Made by a program: the position numbers and the translations under genes. Below are positions 17,704 through 27,463 of a DNA stretch of 64,000 nt, piece by piece. The stretch comes from Chloroflexota bacterium (GTDB lineage: Bacteria > Chloroflexota > Dehalococcoidia > Dehalococcoidales > UBA2162). The notes below the pieces were generated by a model, which worked only from the letters and a program-made list of their open reading frames with translations, searched no databases and was not told where the DNA came from. Where the stretch lies: NCBI GenBank assembly GCA_016190825.1, contig JACPPV010000009.1, positions 65,328-129,327 on the forward strand, given 5' to 3'. Numbering within the stretch: position 1 is the stretch's first letter; each line of letters begins with the position of its first letter.

Positions 17704-18459
17704 ATGTCTGGACATTCTAAATGGGCGACGATTAAGCATCAGAAAGGCGTTACTGATGCCAAGCGGGGCCAGCTTTTCACAAAACTAACGCGGGAAATCA
17801 TCGTTGCGGCCAGGATGGGTGGGAGCGATCAGACGGCTAACTACCGCTTGAGATTGGCTGTCCAGAAAGCCCGGGACGCCAACATGCCTTATGAAAATAT
17901 TGACCGGGCAATCAAGCGGGGCAGCGGCGAAGTTGAGGGAATGGTCCTCGTAGACCTTGCGCTGGAGGGTTATGGACCCAGCGGTGCCGCCATCATGGTT
18001 CACGCGGTTACCGATAACCGGAACCGGGCCATACAGGAAATCCGCAGTATCTTTTCCCGTCATGGTGGAAACCTCGGGGAAAGCGGCTCGGTGGCCTGGC
18101 TTTTTGACAGCAAGGGTGTCATCGGGATTGATGCCGCTGATTTGAATAAAGAGGAACTGGAACTGAAGGCGATTGACGCCGGCGCCGAAGACATCAAGGT
18201 CGAAAACGGTTATGTGGAAGTTTACACCCGGCCGGAAGACCTTGAAACAGTCCGCAAGAGTCTGGAGCGCGGCAATATCCCGATCGCCTCCTCCGGGATA
18301 TCAACCGTACCCAAGACAACGGTGCAACTTGAAGAGAAAGAAGCTCTCCAGACTCTCAGGCTGCTGGATAAACTGGAAGACCTTGATGATGTACATCACG
18401 TCACCAGCAACGTTGATTTCTCCGATGAAATTGTAGAAAAATATCGTTCCCAGCCATGA
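17704..18459 (+). CDS. yebC: YebC/PmpR-family transcriptional regulator
   Basis: MSGHSKWATIKHQKG N-terminus is diagnostic of the family; 251 aa. Confidence 0.9.
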   Translation: MSGHSKWATIKHQKGVTDAKRGQLFTKLTREIIVAARMGGSDQTANYRLRLAVQKARDANMPYENIDRAIKRGSGEVEGMVLVDLALEGYGPSGAAIMVHAVTDNRNRAIQEIRSIFSRHGGNLGESGSVAWLFDSKGVIGIDAADLNKEELELKAIDAGAEDIKVENGYVEVYTRPEDLETVRKSLERGNIPIASSGISTVPKTTVQLEEKEALQTLRLLDKLEDLDDVHHVTSNVDFSDEIVEKYRSQP

Positions 18460-18502
18460 ATGGGACACTAGGCCCGGTGCGTTTTCCCCTGTGAGCATAG
18501 GG

Positions 18503-19018
18503 ATGAGAGTTTTGGGGGTTGATCCTGGAACAATATGTCTTGGCTACGGTGTCCTCGATGATAACAATGGAGAGACCGCGGCCGTCCATTACGGCGTGAT
18601 AACCGCCCCAAAGCGCTATTCACTGGGGGAGCGCCTGAGTTTTATATACCGAATGCTCGAGGAAATAGTGTCGCACTATCAGCCGGGCGCCGTGGCAATC
18701 GAGCAGCCTTTTGTCGCCAGGAATGTCCGCTCGGCTATCGCTATCGGACAAGCCCAGGCTATCGCGATTCTTTCCGCCGCCAATGCCGGTATACCCGTTT
18801 ATGAATATACGCCTGCCCGTATCAAGCAGAGCGTGTCGAATTACGGCGCAGGCTCCAAGGAGCAAATCCAGGAAATGGTCAGGCTGCTTCTCCGTTTGCC
18901 GGAGACTCCTCAGCCGACTGATGCCGCTGATGCGCTAGCGGTCGCTCTTTGCCATCTCAGTGACGTGCGTCTGGGAAACCTGATGGCAGGTCAAACTAGA
19001 AAGGGAAGTAAGAGATGA
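18503..19018 (+). CDS. ruvC: Holliday junction resolvase RuvC
   Basis: MRVLGVDPG start motif. The track start at 18491 (GTG) adds 4 residues. Overlaps the ruvA start by 4 nt. Confidence 0.9.
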   Translation: MRVLGVDPGTICLGYGVLDDNNGETAAVHYGVITAPKRYSLGERLSFIYRMLEEIVSHYQPGAVAIEQPFVARNVRSAIAIGQAQAIAILSAANAGIPVYEYTPARIKQSVSNYGAGSKEQIQEMVRLLLRLPETPQPTDAADALAVALCHLSDVRLGNLMAGQTRKGSKR

Positions 19019-19602
19019 TCTCAAGCCTCCAGGGTAAGCTGGAAGCCATCAGCGGCGATTGGGCGGTAATAAATGTCCATGGCATCGGCTTCCAGGTCTA
19101 CATGCCAACCTCCACCGTTGGCGCGCTGGGAACGATGGGAAGCGAAGTCCGCTTATACACGCATCTTCATCTGAGGGAGGATGGAGCTACTCTTTACGGC
19201 TTTTCCTCCACGGAGGACCGCCAGCTATTTCATCTCCTGCTCGGCGTTTCCAGCATTGGGCCAAGGCTGGCACTGGGCATACTTTCTTCGATGACCGCTC
19301 AACAGCTAAGCCAGGCAATTGCCGGTGGCGACCTCGATATGCTGACATCGGTGCCCGGCATCGGCAAAAAGACCGCCAGCCGCCTGGTGCTGGAGCTGAA
19401 GGACAAAATAGGCGAAGGTCTGCTATCGGCCGCTGTGGTGAAAGTTGGGGACCGGGATAGCGCCGAAGTAGCCGCCGCTTTGGCTGCTCTCGGTTATTCC
19501 GCTGTCGAGGCAGCACGGGCCGCCGCGACTCTTCCGGCGGCTGGAAACCTTAGCCTGGAAGAAAAGGTCAAGCTCACCCTGCGTTATTTCAACAAGAAAT
19601 AG
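19015..19602 (+). CDS. ruvA: Holliday junction DNA helicase subunit RuvA
   Basis: MISSLQGKL...GIGFQV N-terminal OB domain and the HhH motif VPGIGKKTASRLVLELK. Confidence 0.9.
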   Translation: MISSLQGKLEAISGDWAVINVHGIGFQVYMPTSTVGALGTMGSEVRLYTHLHLREDGATLYGFSSTEDRQLFHLLLGVSSIGPRLALGILSSMTAQQLSQAIAGGDLDMLTSVPGIGKKTASRLVLELKDKIGEGLLSAAVVKVGDRDSAEVAAALAALGYSAVEAARAAATLPAAGNLSLEEKVKLTLRYFNKK

Positions 19603-19712
19603 CATTATCGCACTCTTGTCATATTGAATTGGTCGCACTTGTATCCTACCTGTGTTTTTCCCGACCATGCCTGAGCAGGGTAAGCTCCGGCGTGAATCCG
19701 GAGGACTCTGCC

Positions 19713-19740
19713 AGTAGATACCCGCTTCTGCGGGGATAAC
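19713..19740. repeat. Short family C palindromic repeat (compact, inverted copy)
   Basis: The minus strand reads gttatccccgcagaagcgggtatctact, sharing GCGGGWATCTACT with the 30377 copy. Confidence 0.45.
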
Positions 19741-19815
19741 GAAATATGGTAGATTTTCGTAATAGACAGGATTATACAATTACCGTATCAAGAGTATTGT
19801 GATCAGGAGGTAGGT

Positions 19816-20328
19816 ATGTCATTTCTGGAGCTTGCTCGAAAGCGTTACAGCGTCAGGACTTTCAAACAGGACCCGGTCGAAGATGCAAAACTCAACGAGG
19901 TACTTGAGGCGGCTCAGGCAGCGCCGACGGCCGCAAACCGCCAGCCCTTCCAGTTGGTCATTGTTCATACAGCTGGCAAAGAAACAGAACTTGCCAGGAT
20001 CAACAGCCGCCCCGGTTTTGTACAGGCGCCGTTACTTATCTTTGCCGTCGCCGTTCCATCACAGGCATGGGTCCATCGGGACGGCAAAAACTATATGGAC
20101 GTGGACATAGCAATTGTCATGGACCACCTCACTCTTGCTGCTACAGACCTTGGCCTCGGTACGTGCTGGATAGCGGCGTTCGACCGCACGGCAGCGAGAG
20201 AGTTCCTGGGCTTGCCGCCGGATGTTGAACCAATCGTTGTCACGCCGCTAGGCTATCCCGCACCCGAAACGCCCAGGGAAAAGAAGCGCAAGTCCATGGC
20301 AGAGCTCGTCCGTTACGAGCGGTGGTAG
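19816..20328 (+). CDS. Nitroreductase-family protein
   Basis: LELARKRYSVRTFKQDPV...AAQAAPTAANRQPF is the typical nitroreductase N-terminus. Confidence 0.85.
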   Translation: MSFLELARKRYSVRTFKQDPVEDAKLNEVLEAAQAAPTAANRQPFQLVIVHTAGKETELARINSRPGFVQAPLLIFAVAVPSQAWVHRDGKNYMDVDIAIVMDHLTLAATDLGLGTCWIAAFDRTAAREFLGLPPDVEPIVVTPLGYPAPETPREKKRKSMAELVRYERW

Positions 20329-20357
20329 ATTATGTCAAATGAGAGGAGGAATATAGA

Positions 20358-21005
20358 ATGGCACAGCTTGACCAGATAATGGATGGATTACACCGGATCA
20401 GCACGCTCGTCGATCCGCCTGGAATAACCTTCAACCAGTTCGTCATAAAAGACGAAAAGACCATGCTCGTTCACACCGGCGCCGCCAGCCTTTTCCCCCG
20501 GGTGGTCGAAAATATGCGGCAGGTGGTGGACGTGTCTGCCCTGAGCTATGTGTTCATATCCCATTTTGAGGCGGATGAGTGTGGCTCGCTGGCTTTCCTG
20601 CTAGCGTTGAACCACAATATCATTCCGGTTGCGCCGGGCCCCACCGCCCGGCATCTCGCCGGGTTCGGGATACACTCAAAACCGATGACGGTCAAAGAGG
20701 GCGATGAGCTTGTGCTGGGCAGAAGGCGGCTCCAGTTTATCAATTATCCTTCAGAGCCGCATCTCCAGGATGGACTGATCGCCTACGATACAACGGATAA
20801 AGTGCTGTTCAGCAGTGACCTGTTCACCAGGCGCGGCGAGGGGGCAGCAGTCGTGGTCAAAGGAGTCCGCTCGGTGTTCAGCGAGATTCCACCCCAGGCC
20901 ATTCCCGTGGAAGACCGCCGCCTCAAATGCCAGGAAGCAATCAAGAAATTGGACATCGCATTGATAGCCACCGGGCATGGACCGGTCATTGATTTGCGGG
21001 CATAA
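20358..21005 (+). CDS. Metallo-beta-lactamase-fold (di-iron ODP/FprA-N-terminal-like) protein
   Basis: FISHFEADECG occupies the position of the MBL HxHxDH motif, as in flavodiiron-type domains. There is no flavodoxin domain. Confidence 0.65.
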   Translation: MAQLDQIMDGLHRISTLVDPPGITFNQFVIKDEKTMLVHTGAASLFPRVVENMRQVVDVSALSYVFISHFEADECGSLAFLLALNHNIIPVAPGPTARHLAGFGIHSKPMTVKEGDELVLGRRRLQFINYPSEPHLQDGLIAYDTTDKVLFSSDLFTRRGEGAAVVVKGVRSVFSEIPPQAIPVEDRRLKCQEAIKKLDIALIATGHGPVIDLRA

Positions 21006-21033
21006 GAGTCAATTTCGCTGTAATTTGTTTGAA

Positions 21034-21093
21034 CCGTTCGTGGTGAGCTTGTCGAACCACAGCGTTGCCCTTCGACAGGCTCAGGGCGAACGG
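21034..21093. repeat. Intergenic palindromic repeat, family A (inverted relative to the 8195 copy)
   Basis: The reverse complement reads ccgttcgccctgagcctgtcgaagggcaacgctgtggttcgacaagctcaccacgaacgg. Both ends match 8195..8278. Confidence 0.6.
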
Positions 21094-21115
21094 AATCATA
21101 AGAACAGGGGCTTGG

Positions 21116-21652
21116 TTGGACAAACAAAAGGCCATCAGCAGCTTTCTGTCCCATCTTCAGGTACTTTCCCGTCTGCCTTTGATCACCGGCGAGGAAATGG
21201 CTGAGCTTTACGGCGAGGAGGTGGTGGCGGCTCTGGGTGAGATGGAGAGGTATGACCGCGAGGCGCAGGTCTGCGCGGATTGCGAGCGGCGGTGCTGCCC
21301 GGCGGTCCGCTGTGAGCTTTACGCCCCCCAGTTCGCCCGCTGCCCCATCCATGATTTCCGTCCGGTTATCTGCCGTCTCCATTTCTGTAACAGCTTCCCG
21401 ATTACCGCCAGCCCTTTGATCCACGAGCTGGATGATATCTTCTTTGAAAGCCTGCTGGCCGCACAAAGATCGGATATTGAGCAGGCGCGCTTCTTTGACT
21501 GTCCGCCTTTCACCCGGATTGCGCCGGACTTCATTGTCAGACTTAGTCCGCTGGTGGAAGGCGTGCGAAATGGTTCTCTTTCGCCGGATGAGGGGGAGAG
21601 GCTGATATTGAGAGAGGTGGAGAGGTACCGGTCATTACGCATCTCCATGTGA
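21116..21652 (+). CDS. YkgJ-family Cys-cluster protein (CxxCxxCC)
   Basis: CADCERRCCPAVRC...CPIHDFRPVICRLHFC. The track start at 21065 lies inside repeat A. TTG at 21116 has AGGGG 5 nt upstream, and ATG at 21197 is an alternative. Confidence 0.65.
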   Translation: MDKQKAISSFLSHLQVLSRLPLITGEEMAELYGEEVVAALGEMERYDREAQVCADCERRCCPAVRCELYAPQFARCPIHDFRPVICRLHFCNSFPITASPLIHELDDIFFESLLAAQRSDIEQARFFDCPPFTRIAPDFIVRLSPLVEGVRNGSLSPDEGERLILREVERYRSLRISM

Positions 21653-21828
21653 CCGCTTCCCCTTTCGTAAAGAGCCTGCCCTGAGCTTGCCGAAGGGGGA
21701 ATACAAGGGGATTTACCACCTCGCGGCAGGTGCAATTGCAGCTCCCAACTCCAACGGCTATACTATTGGATGAGAATAGCCTAAGCCAGTATTACGATGT
21801 CGAGGGCGGCAAATATTAAGGGGGAATT

Positions 21829-22056
21829 ATGGAGATAAAGGAAGAGCTTAAGAAAGAATATGCTGAATGGACAAAAAAGTATATGAAGGCACATGATCAA
21901 ATTGGATCCTTATTGCCAATACAAACGGGAGAGGAAATACCACGCTTGGTTCTGACCAAAGAGCTGTTAGGAAAGTTTGATAAAGCCTCAAAAGATGAGG
22001 CGACTGCTTTAGCGAAACTGCGCGATATCCAAGAAAAACTATACCAATTACGATAG
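21829..22056 (+). CDS. Small helical/coiled-coil hypothetical protein (75 aa), upstream partner of the Shedu-like gene
   Basis: AAGGGGGA SD before the ATG, AT-rich codon usage like the downstream gene, and a 45-nt gap to it. Confidence 0.5.
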   Translation: MEIKEELKKEYAEWTKKYMKAHDQIGSLLPIQTGEEIPRLVLTKELLGKFDKASKDEATALAKLRDIQEKLYQLR

Positions 22057-22101
22057 CAAACAACGAAGTCGGTAGCGTGCGGTCTAGGAGTAGCGGATAG
22101 A

Positions 22102-23166
22102 GTGGCGAAATCACCAATATTACAAATTACAATTGAGAACGATAAGTACGCTGAATTTAAGGGATTCAAGATAAATTTTATTGGATTCGACAAAGTCCCT
22201 TGGAGATTTTCGCCAAAAGGATTTACGACAGGCAAATATATACTGGGACGCTTTAAGGAGCGATTCGGTGAATTTGGATTAACGATTGTCAAAGATGAGA
22301 ATTCTAGAATTAATACCAAGAAGAGCCCTGTACAAATCACTATTAAATATGAAGACGCCCTGAGACTCGCTGGAGACTTCAAGGCAAACTATAAGTTGGA
22401 AGGCATCAAAACAGTGACTAAGCATCTTAGTACACTGTTCCCTAGGGAATTCCCTGATGCTAGCCAAGAGAACGTCCAAGAAATTGAACTTTCAATCGAA
22501 GATATTCAGGAATCTCATCGCCTGCTTCCTGTTCTAGCAAAATACAAAATCAAAAGTGCCGAAGACTTAAAACAACTATTTGCGGGGAGAAAAGTTCTCC
22601 ATTACTTATCACTTGAAAAGGTGCTCAAGGAATTCGCAAGAAACCTCAAAATCAAAGCAACAGAACATGAATGGCAGACCTTTTTCAAGAAACATATACT
22701 GATCTTGAACCCAGGGTATATTAAGATAATTGAAAAACCTAACATATCTTTGAGCATTCAGCTTCCTGATTTCCTTCTGCTGAGCATAGAAGACTATGTT
22801 GACGTTTACGAAATTAAGGTTCCCAGGACGCCTTTGCTACAATATGACGGCAGCCACCATAACTATTATTGGTCAACCGAGATGGCAAAGGCGATTTCGC
22901 AGGTTGAAAACTATGTAGACTCCATAAACAAAAATAGTGATAGCCTGAGAATCCAAATAAGAGAACAATACCATGTAGAATTAAGAGTTGTTCGCCCGCG
23001 TGGGTACATAATTGCAGGTCATAGCGACCAGCTAAAAGAATCAAAGAAGAGAAATGACGATTTCAGATTACTCAACGAGTCTTTAAGAAGTACTGAGATT
23101 CTGCCTTACGATATTTTTCTCGAAAGATTTAAGAGTTTTTCAAAAACATTGAAAGAGGTTAATTGA
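22102..23166 (+). CDS. Shedu-like (DUF4263-type PD-(D/E)xK nuclease) defence protein with an unrecognised N-terminal half
   Basis: The C-terminal half reads EHEWQTFFKKHILILNPGY...LPDFLLLSIEDYVDVYEIKVP...AISQVENYVDS...PRGYIIAGHSDQL. This matches my memory of the SduA/DUF4263 core, with D223, E237 and K239 as the D...ExK motif. GTG start, AGGAG 11 nt upstream. Confidence 0.65.
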   Translation: MAKSPILQITIENDKYAEFKGFKINFIGFDKVPWRFSPKGFTTGKYILGRFKERFGEFGLTIVKDENSRINTKKSPVQITIKYEDALRLAGDFKANYKLEGIKTVTKHLSTLFPREFPDASQENVQEIELSIEDIQESHRLLPVLAKYKIKSAEDLKQLFAGRKVLHYLSLEKVLKEFARNLKIKATEHEWQTFFKKHILILNPGYIKIIEKPNISLSIQLPDFLLLSIEDYVDVYEIKVPRTPLLQYDGSHHNYYWSTEMAKAISQVENYVDSINKNSDSLRIQIREQYHVELRVVRPRGYIIAGHSDQLKESKKRNDDFRLLNESLRSTEILPYDIFLERFKSFSKTLKEVN

Positions 23167-23178
23167 CACCTTCGGATT

Positions 23179-25260
23179 TTGCCCATGCCTGACTTTGAAC
23201 TTATCTCTGATTTCCAGATGACCGGAGACCAGCCGCAGGCTGTGGACAAGCTGGTCGAAGGGCTGGAGCGTGACCTGAAATACCAGACGCTGCTCGGCGT
23301 GACCGGCAGCGGTAAGACCTTTTCTATGGCGAACGTGATCGCTCGCCAGCGGAGACCGGCACTGGTCCTCAGCCACAACAAGACCCTCGCCGCCCAGCTT
23401 TACCAGGAGTTCAAGGAGTTCTTCCCCAACAACGCCGTGGAGTACTTCGTCAGCTATTACGACTACTACCAGCCGGAGGCATATCTGCCTCAGACGGACA
23501 CCTATATCGAAAAGGATGCCGATATTAACGATGAAATCGACAAGCTGCGCCATGCCGCCACCCGCGCCCTCTTCGAGCGGCGGGACGTGGTCATCGTCGC
23601 CTCTGTTTCCTGCATTTACGGACTGGGTTCGCCGGAAGAGTATCGCAGCTTTGTTCTTAGCCTGAAGCGCGGGGAACGTTACAACCGCTACAAGCTCCTT
23701 CACGCCCTGGTTGATATGCAGTACGAACGCAACGACATTGACTTCAGCCGGGGAAAGTTCCGCATCCGCGGCGATACTCTTGAGATACAGCCCGCTTACG
23801 AGGAGCTTGCCCTGCGCTTGGAGTTCTTCGGCGATAACCTTGACCGCATAGTCGAAGTTGACCCGCTTACCGGAGAGCTGCTCACCAACCTTGACGCCAT
23901 TGACATCTATCCTGCCAAGCACTTTGTCACCTCGCAGAACAAGTTGCAGGTGGCGATTGAAAACATAGAAAAGGAACTTGAAGAGCGCCTCAAGGAGCTG
24001 AGGGCACAGGAAAGGGTGGTTGAAGCGGCGCGGCTGGAATCCAGGACACACTACGACATTGAGATGCTACGGGAGGCGGGATACTGCAGCGGCATCGAGA
24101 ACTACTCGCGTCATCTTTCCGCACGGTCGCCGGGCAGTCCGCCCTGGACGCTGCTCGACTATTTCCCCGATGACTTTATGCTGTTCATCGACGAGTCGCA
24201 CATGACCATTCCGCAGCTTCACGGCATGTATCATGGCGACCGCTCCCGCAAAGAAACACTGGTGGAATACGGTTTCCGCCTGCCTTCGGCGCTGGACAAC
24301 CGTCCCCTTAGCTTCGACGAGTTCCAGCAGCGTCTGAGCCAGGTTGTCTTTGTTTCCGCCACCCCCGGCCCCTACGAGCTCAAGCACACCCAACAGGTGG
24401 TGGAGCAGCTTGTCCGCCCCACCGGCCTTCTCGAGCCGACCCTTGAAATTAAACCTACGAAAGGCCAGGTTGATGACCTCATGGAGGAGATCAGGAAGCG
24501 GGTGGAAAAGGGCGAGCGCTGCCTGGTGACGACCCTGACTAAGCGGATGGCGGAAGAGCTTGCCGACTACCTGGTGGAGATGGGTATCAAGACCCACTAC
24601 CTGCATTCCGAGGTGGTGACACTGGAGCGGGTTGAGATTCTCCGCGATCTCCGCCTCGGCGTGTATGATGTGGTCGTGGGCATCAACCTGCTCCGAGAAG
24701 GACTTGACCTGCCGGAGGTCAGCCTGGTGGCAATCCTCGATGCTGACAAAGAAGGGTATTTGAGATCGGAGGGTGCCTTGATACAGACGATGGGACGCGC
24801 CGCCCGCCATGTTGACGGGCATGTCATTATGTACGCCGATACCGTCACCAGATCGATGAAAGCGGCTATTGATGAAACACAGCGACGCCGTCGCATTCAG
24901 GAAGCCTACAACCGGGAGCATGGCATCACGCCACAGGGCATCAGGAAGGCGATCAAGGATATTACGGAAAGGGTAAAAGTGGTCGCCGAGACCCGCGCGC
25001 CCTATGTTTTCGTGCCCACTGCGCCCGATGACATTGTCCGCCTCATCAAGGACCTGGAGACCCAGATGAAAGCGGCGGCGAAAAACCTTGAATTTGAAAA
25101 GGCGGCGCTACTCCGCGACCGCATCATCGAGCTGCGCCGCAGTCTGGATGAGGCCACCCTTGCTTCAGCCTCCCTTGCCCCAAAGCCCGGAGACAAGAAG
25201 AAGGTCATTGAGTCGCTGGAAAGATTTCACCCTCATAAAATTCCCCACGCAAAGCGATGA
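23179..25260 (+). CDS. uvrB: Excinuclease ABC subunit B
   Basis: 693 aa. [15 protein letters not shown] Walker A, helicase motifs, and the C-terminal UVR domain ([15 protein letters not shown]). Confidence 0.97.
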   Translation: MPMPDFELISDFQMTGDQPQAVDKLVEGLERDLKYQTLLGVTGSGKTFSMANVIARQRRPALVLSHNKTLAAQLYQEFKEFFPNNAVEYFVSYYDYYQPEAYLPQTDTYIEKDADINDEIDKLRHAATRALFERRDVVIVASVSCIYGLGSPEEYRSFVLSLKRGERYNRYKLLHALVDMQYERNDIDFSRGKFRIRGDTLEIQPAYEELALRLEFFGDNLDRIVEVDPLTGELLTNLDAIDIYPAKHFVTSQNKLQVAIENIEKELEERLKELRAQERVVEAARLESRTHYDIEMLREAGYCSGIENYSRHLSARSPGSPPWTLLDYFPDDFMLFIDESHMTIPQLHGMYHGDRSRKETLVEYGFRLPSALDNRPLSFDEFQQRLSQVVFVSATPGPYELKHTQQVVEQLVRPTGLLEPTLEIKPTKGQVDDLMEEIRKRVEKGERCLVTTLTKRMAEELADYLVEMGIKTHYLHSEVVTLERVEILRDLRLGVYDVVVGINLLREGLDLPEVSLVAILDADKEGYLRSEGALIQTMGRAARHVDGHVIMYADTVTRSMKAAIDETQRRRRIQEAYNREHGITPQGIRKAIKDITERVKVVAETRAPYVFVPTAPDDIVRLIKDLETQMKAAAKNLEFEKAALLRDRIIELRRSLDEATLASASLAPKPGDKKKVIESLERFHPHKIPHAKR

Positions 25261-25460
25261 ATAACGAACAGTCGGATTCCGCAGACCTGCCCCGACCCGT
25301 CCCAAGCTCAGTCGATGGAACGAAGTCGAACGAAACCAGGCAGGAGCGCCGCGAGAAGAAGCTCAAGAAGAAACGCGAGCGCATACCCCAGCACGGCAAG
25401 GGACTGGCAAAGGTGTACAGGGATGTGGTGGAGAAGAGGAAGAAGGGAACGGATAAGTGA
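25257..25460 (+). CDS. Small, highly basic hypothetical protein (67 aa)
   Basis: ATGA overlap with the uvrB stop. Lys/Arg-rich, no family recognised. It could be a spurious ORF. Confidence 0.3.
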   Translation: MNNEQSDSADLPRPVPSSVDGTKSNETRQERREKKLKKKRERIPQHGKGLAKVYRDVVEKRKKGTDK

Positions 25461-25471
25461 GGCTTGTCCTG

Positions 25472-25480
25472 TGATATAAT
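25472..25480 (+). promoter_or_regulatory. Extended -10 element TGaTATAAT upstream of hicBA
   Basis: TG at 25472-25473 and TATAAT at 25475-25480, followed by GGAGA SD and the ATG at 25501. Confidence 0.4.
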
Positions 25481-25500
25481 GCTGACTGCAGGAGAGCATT

Positions 25501-25719
25501 ATGAAAACCTTTACCGCTTATGTTGAACAAGACCCGGAAACAGGACTATATATCGGGATAGTGCCAGGTATTCCCGGGGCGCATACTCAGGGAGCTACGC
25601 TGGATGAGCTTCAGAGAAATTTGAAAGAAGTCCTGGAGCTTTGCCTTGAGGAATACGAAGAACCGAGCGAAAACCTGCCGAAATTTGTCGGGCTTCAACA
25701 GATTGAGATAGCCGCATGA
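25501..25719 (+). CDS. hicB: HicB-family antitoxin (UPF0150-like)
   Basis: FTAYVEQDPETGLYIGIVPGIPGAHTQGATLDELQRNLKEVLELCLE is the typical HicB N-terminal domain. 4-nt overlap with hicA. Confidence 0.8.
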   Translation: MKTFTAYVEQDPETGLYIGIVPGIPGAHTQGATLDELQRNLKEVLELCLEEYEEPSENLPKFVGLQQIEIAA

Positions 25720-25949
25720 CACGTCTTCCCATTGTCGACTTCAGGACAATGGAAAAGCTACTCTCGCGACTGGGTTTTCAGAACACTCGCAGCAAAGGCG
25801 CCCATTTCTTTTACCGTCATCTCGATGGCAGAACCACCACTCTGCCCAACCATCCCGGAAGAGACCTGTCACGCCCATTGATACGTGAAATTCTCCGCGA
25901 AATCGAACTGACACCCGAGCAATTTTCAAAAGAACTGGATAAACTTTAG
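25716..25949 (+). CDS. hicA: HicA-family mRNA interferase toxin
   Basis: LLSRLGFQNTRSKGAHFFYRH...TTLPNHPGRDLSRPLIREILREIEL matches the HicA pattern (GAH in place of the usual GSH). Confidence 0.8.
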   Translation: MTRLPIVDFRTMEKLLSRLGFQNTRSKGAHFFYRHLDGRTTTLPNHPGRDLSRPLIREILREIELTPEQFSKELDKL

Positions 25950-26440
25950 GCACTGGCATTCGGTTTTATCGTCATCCCCAATACCACCGAAGTCTCGACC
26001 TGGCGGCGGGGAATGTCCCAGTACGCTCTCAGTAATTCGTCTTTATCCGGCATAGGCTCAAAGCCGTTTTTCCGGTAGAATTCAATTGCCCAGGTGGCGT
26101 CCGCCCATGTGCCCACCAGCAGGCGACTCGTTTTCGTAAGCCCTTTCACATGATTGAGCAGCTTCGTGCCGATGCCCCCTTTCTGGTAACCGGGCAGGAC
26201 GTAGGCATGCCTTACCAGTGTAACATTCTTCACCGGCTGATAGCCCACCACGCCGACTATCTTCCCATCCTCTTCCCAGCCGAAGAAGGTCATCCCCTCG
26301 ATTTCCCTCCTTAGCTCTTCCAGCGGCATATATGGCTCATGGTAGCAGTCCGCCGGGATGACGCCCCGGTAAGCGCGGGCGGCCTCGTTTATGATGTTGA
26401 GGATTCTGGAGGTGTTAGATAAGGAAAGTTCGGTGAGCAT
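25946..26440 (-). CDS. GNAT-family N-acetyltransferase
   Basis: YVLPGYQKGGIGTKLLNHV is the acetyl-CoA binding motif A (Q/RxxGxG). 164 aa. Its start is 23 nt after the stop of the upstream HEPN-like gene. Confidence 0.85.
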   Translation of the reverse strand: MLTELSLSNTSRILNIINEAARAYRGVIPADCYHEPYMPLEELRREIEGMTFFGWEEDGKIVGVVGYQPVKNVTLVRHAYVLPGYQKGGIGTKLLNHVKGLTKTSRLLVGTWADATWAIEFYRKNGFEPMPDKDELLRAYWDIPRRQVETSVVLGMTIKPNASA

Positions 26441-26463
26441 GGTGGGTGATTGAAAAGGAGATG

Positions 26464-27336
26464 TTACCGTTTGTCTCTCAGTTTCGAATTGCTCTCAATG
26501 ATTTCTTTCCGAGTGGCGGTAACCTTATCTATTTCTTTGCGAATACTTTCTATCTCCTTTAGTTTCTCCGTAGTCACCATTATTACAGGCGGTTCCCTTA
26601 ACCCGTCTACTAGCTCTGCTGTTCCTTCTAGTTTCCTAAGGCGCTGTTCTAGCTCGTGTTTTCTGACAGTTAACCTAGAAAATTCGCGCTTATCTCTTTC
26701 GCTCATCTTTGTCTCCCTAATTAACTGCAAGCTCAGTTGCCCGGGTTCGCTCTTCAAAGCGTCCAGAAGACTTGTAGTATAATTCCGAGTTATGTGCTCG
26801 AATACCCATACACTTCCCGAATGCGCAACAGAGATTTCATTAAACATACTTTGTAACTCTTTTAACATTCTCCGGCTTTCACCAAAGAGGACGGGTTTGC
26901 GTTGCGCTCCTTCCCGCCGGTTACTTTCCGCGTTCCAATGAGCAGCCCGCGCATCGCGGTATTCCTTGATCGCAGCGAGAACCTTCCTATGTTTTCTCAA
27001 GCGCCTGCTCAGGGCATTCACGCTAGGAACTAGGGCCGGACAGTTCCTCAACAAACCGAACAATCGATAAAAGCTGGGTGCTCGGCGGTCGTTCTCCACC
27101 ACAATTGAGACCTTGATGATGAAACGATCCAGGTGGGCCTCTCTAGTAGGCAAAAAGAACCCTCTGTACCAATTGAGTGTCTCTACTACTGTTTGAGTGG
27201 GAAACGTCTGCTCCCAAATTTCAAAATGGATGCAGGCAGCAAGAAGTTGCTTCCTCAGCTCTTCCAGCAGAAACTTAACTTCTGCCAACTGTTGCTCTTC
27301 TTGTTCGCTCATACTCTCAACCGTACGCGTAATCAT
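26464..27336 (-). CDS. Hypothetical protein with a candidate HEPN Rx4-6H motif and a C-terminal charged coiled coil (Abi-like candidate)
   Basis: 290-aa ORF in an AT-richer segment. YRDARAAHW (R127-x5-H133, nt 26938-26958) follows a helical N-terminal region. The last ~90 aa are a K/E/R-rich coiled coil. The function call is tentative. Confidence 0.4.
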   Translation of the reverse strand: MITRTVESMSEQEEQQLAEVKFLLEELRKQLLAACIHFEIWEQTFPTQTVVETLNWYRGFFLPTREAHLDRFIIKVSIVVENDRRAPSFYRLFGLLRNCPALVPSVNALSRRLRKHRKVLAAIKEYRDARAAHWNAESNRREGAQRKPVLFGESRRMLKELQSMFNEISVAHSGSVWVFEHITRNYTTSLLDALKSEPGQLSLQLIRETKMSERDKREFSRLTVRKHELEQRLRKLEGTAELVDGLREPPVIMVTTEKLKEIESIRKEIDKVTATRKEIIESNSKLRDKR

Positions 27337-27363
27337 GTGCAGCAGACGAAGGATTGGAGGAAA

Positions 27364-27445
27364 TTAAGTCCCTTGCTCTTCTTCCTCCTCCCCCTCCACC
27401 CCCTCCTCTTCAAGTTGCTCCATCAGGCGGGCGTCAGGCCTTTCC
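27364..27445 (-). pseudogene. Remnant/duplicate of the ftsK 3' end
   Basis: The minus strand encodes ...PDARLMEQLEEEGVEGEEEEEQGT*, against the ftsK C-terminus PRAARLMEQLDEEGVEGGEDDTPRGS*. By hand alignment, nt 27379-27432 versus 28107-28160 are 45/54 identical, ungapped and in frame. Confidence 0.65.
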
Positions 27446-27463
27446 CTGCAGACACACACCGGG

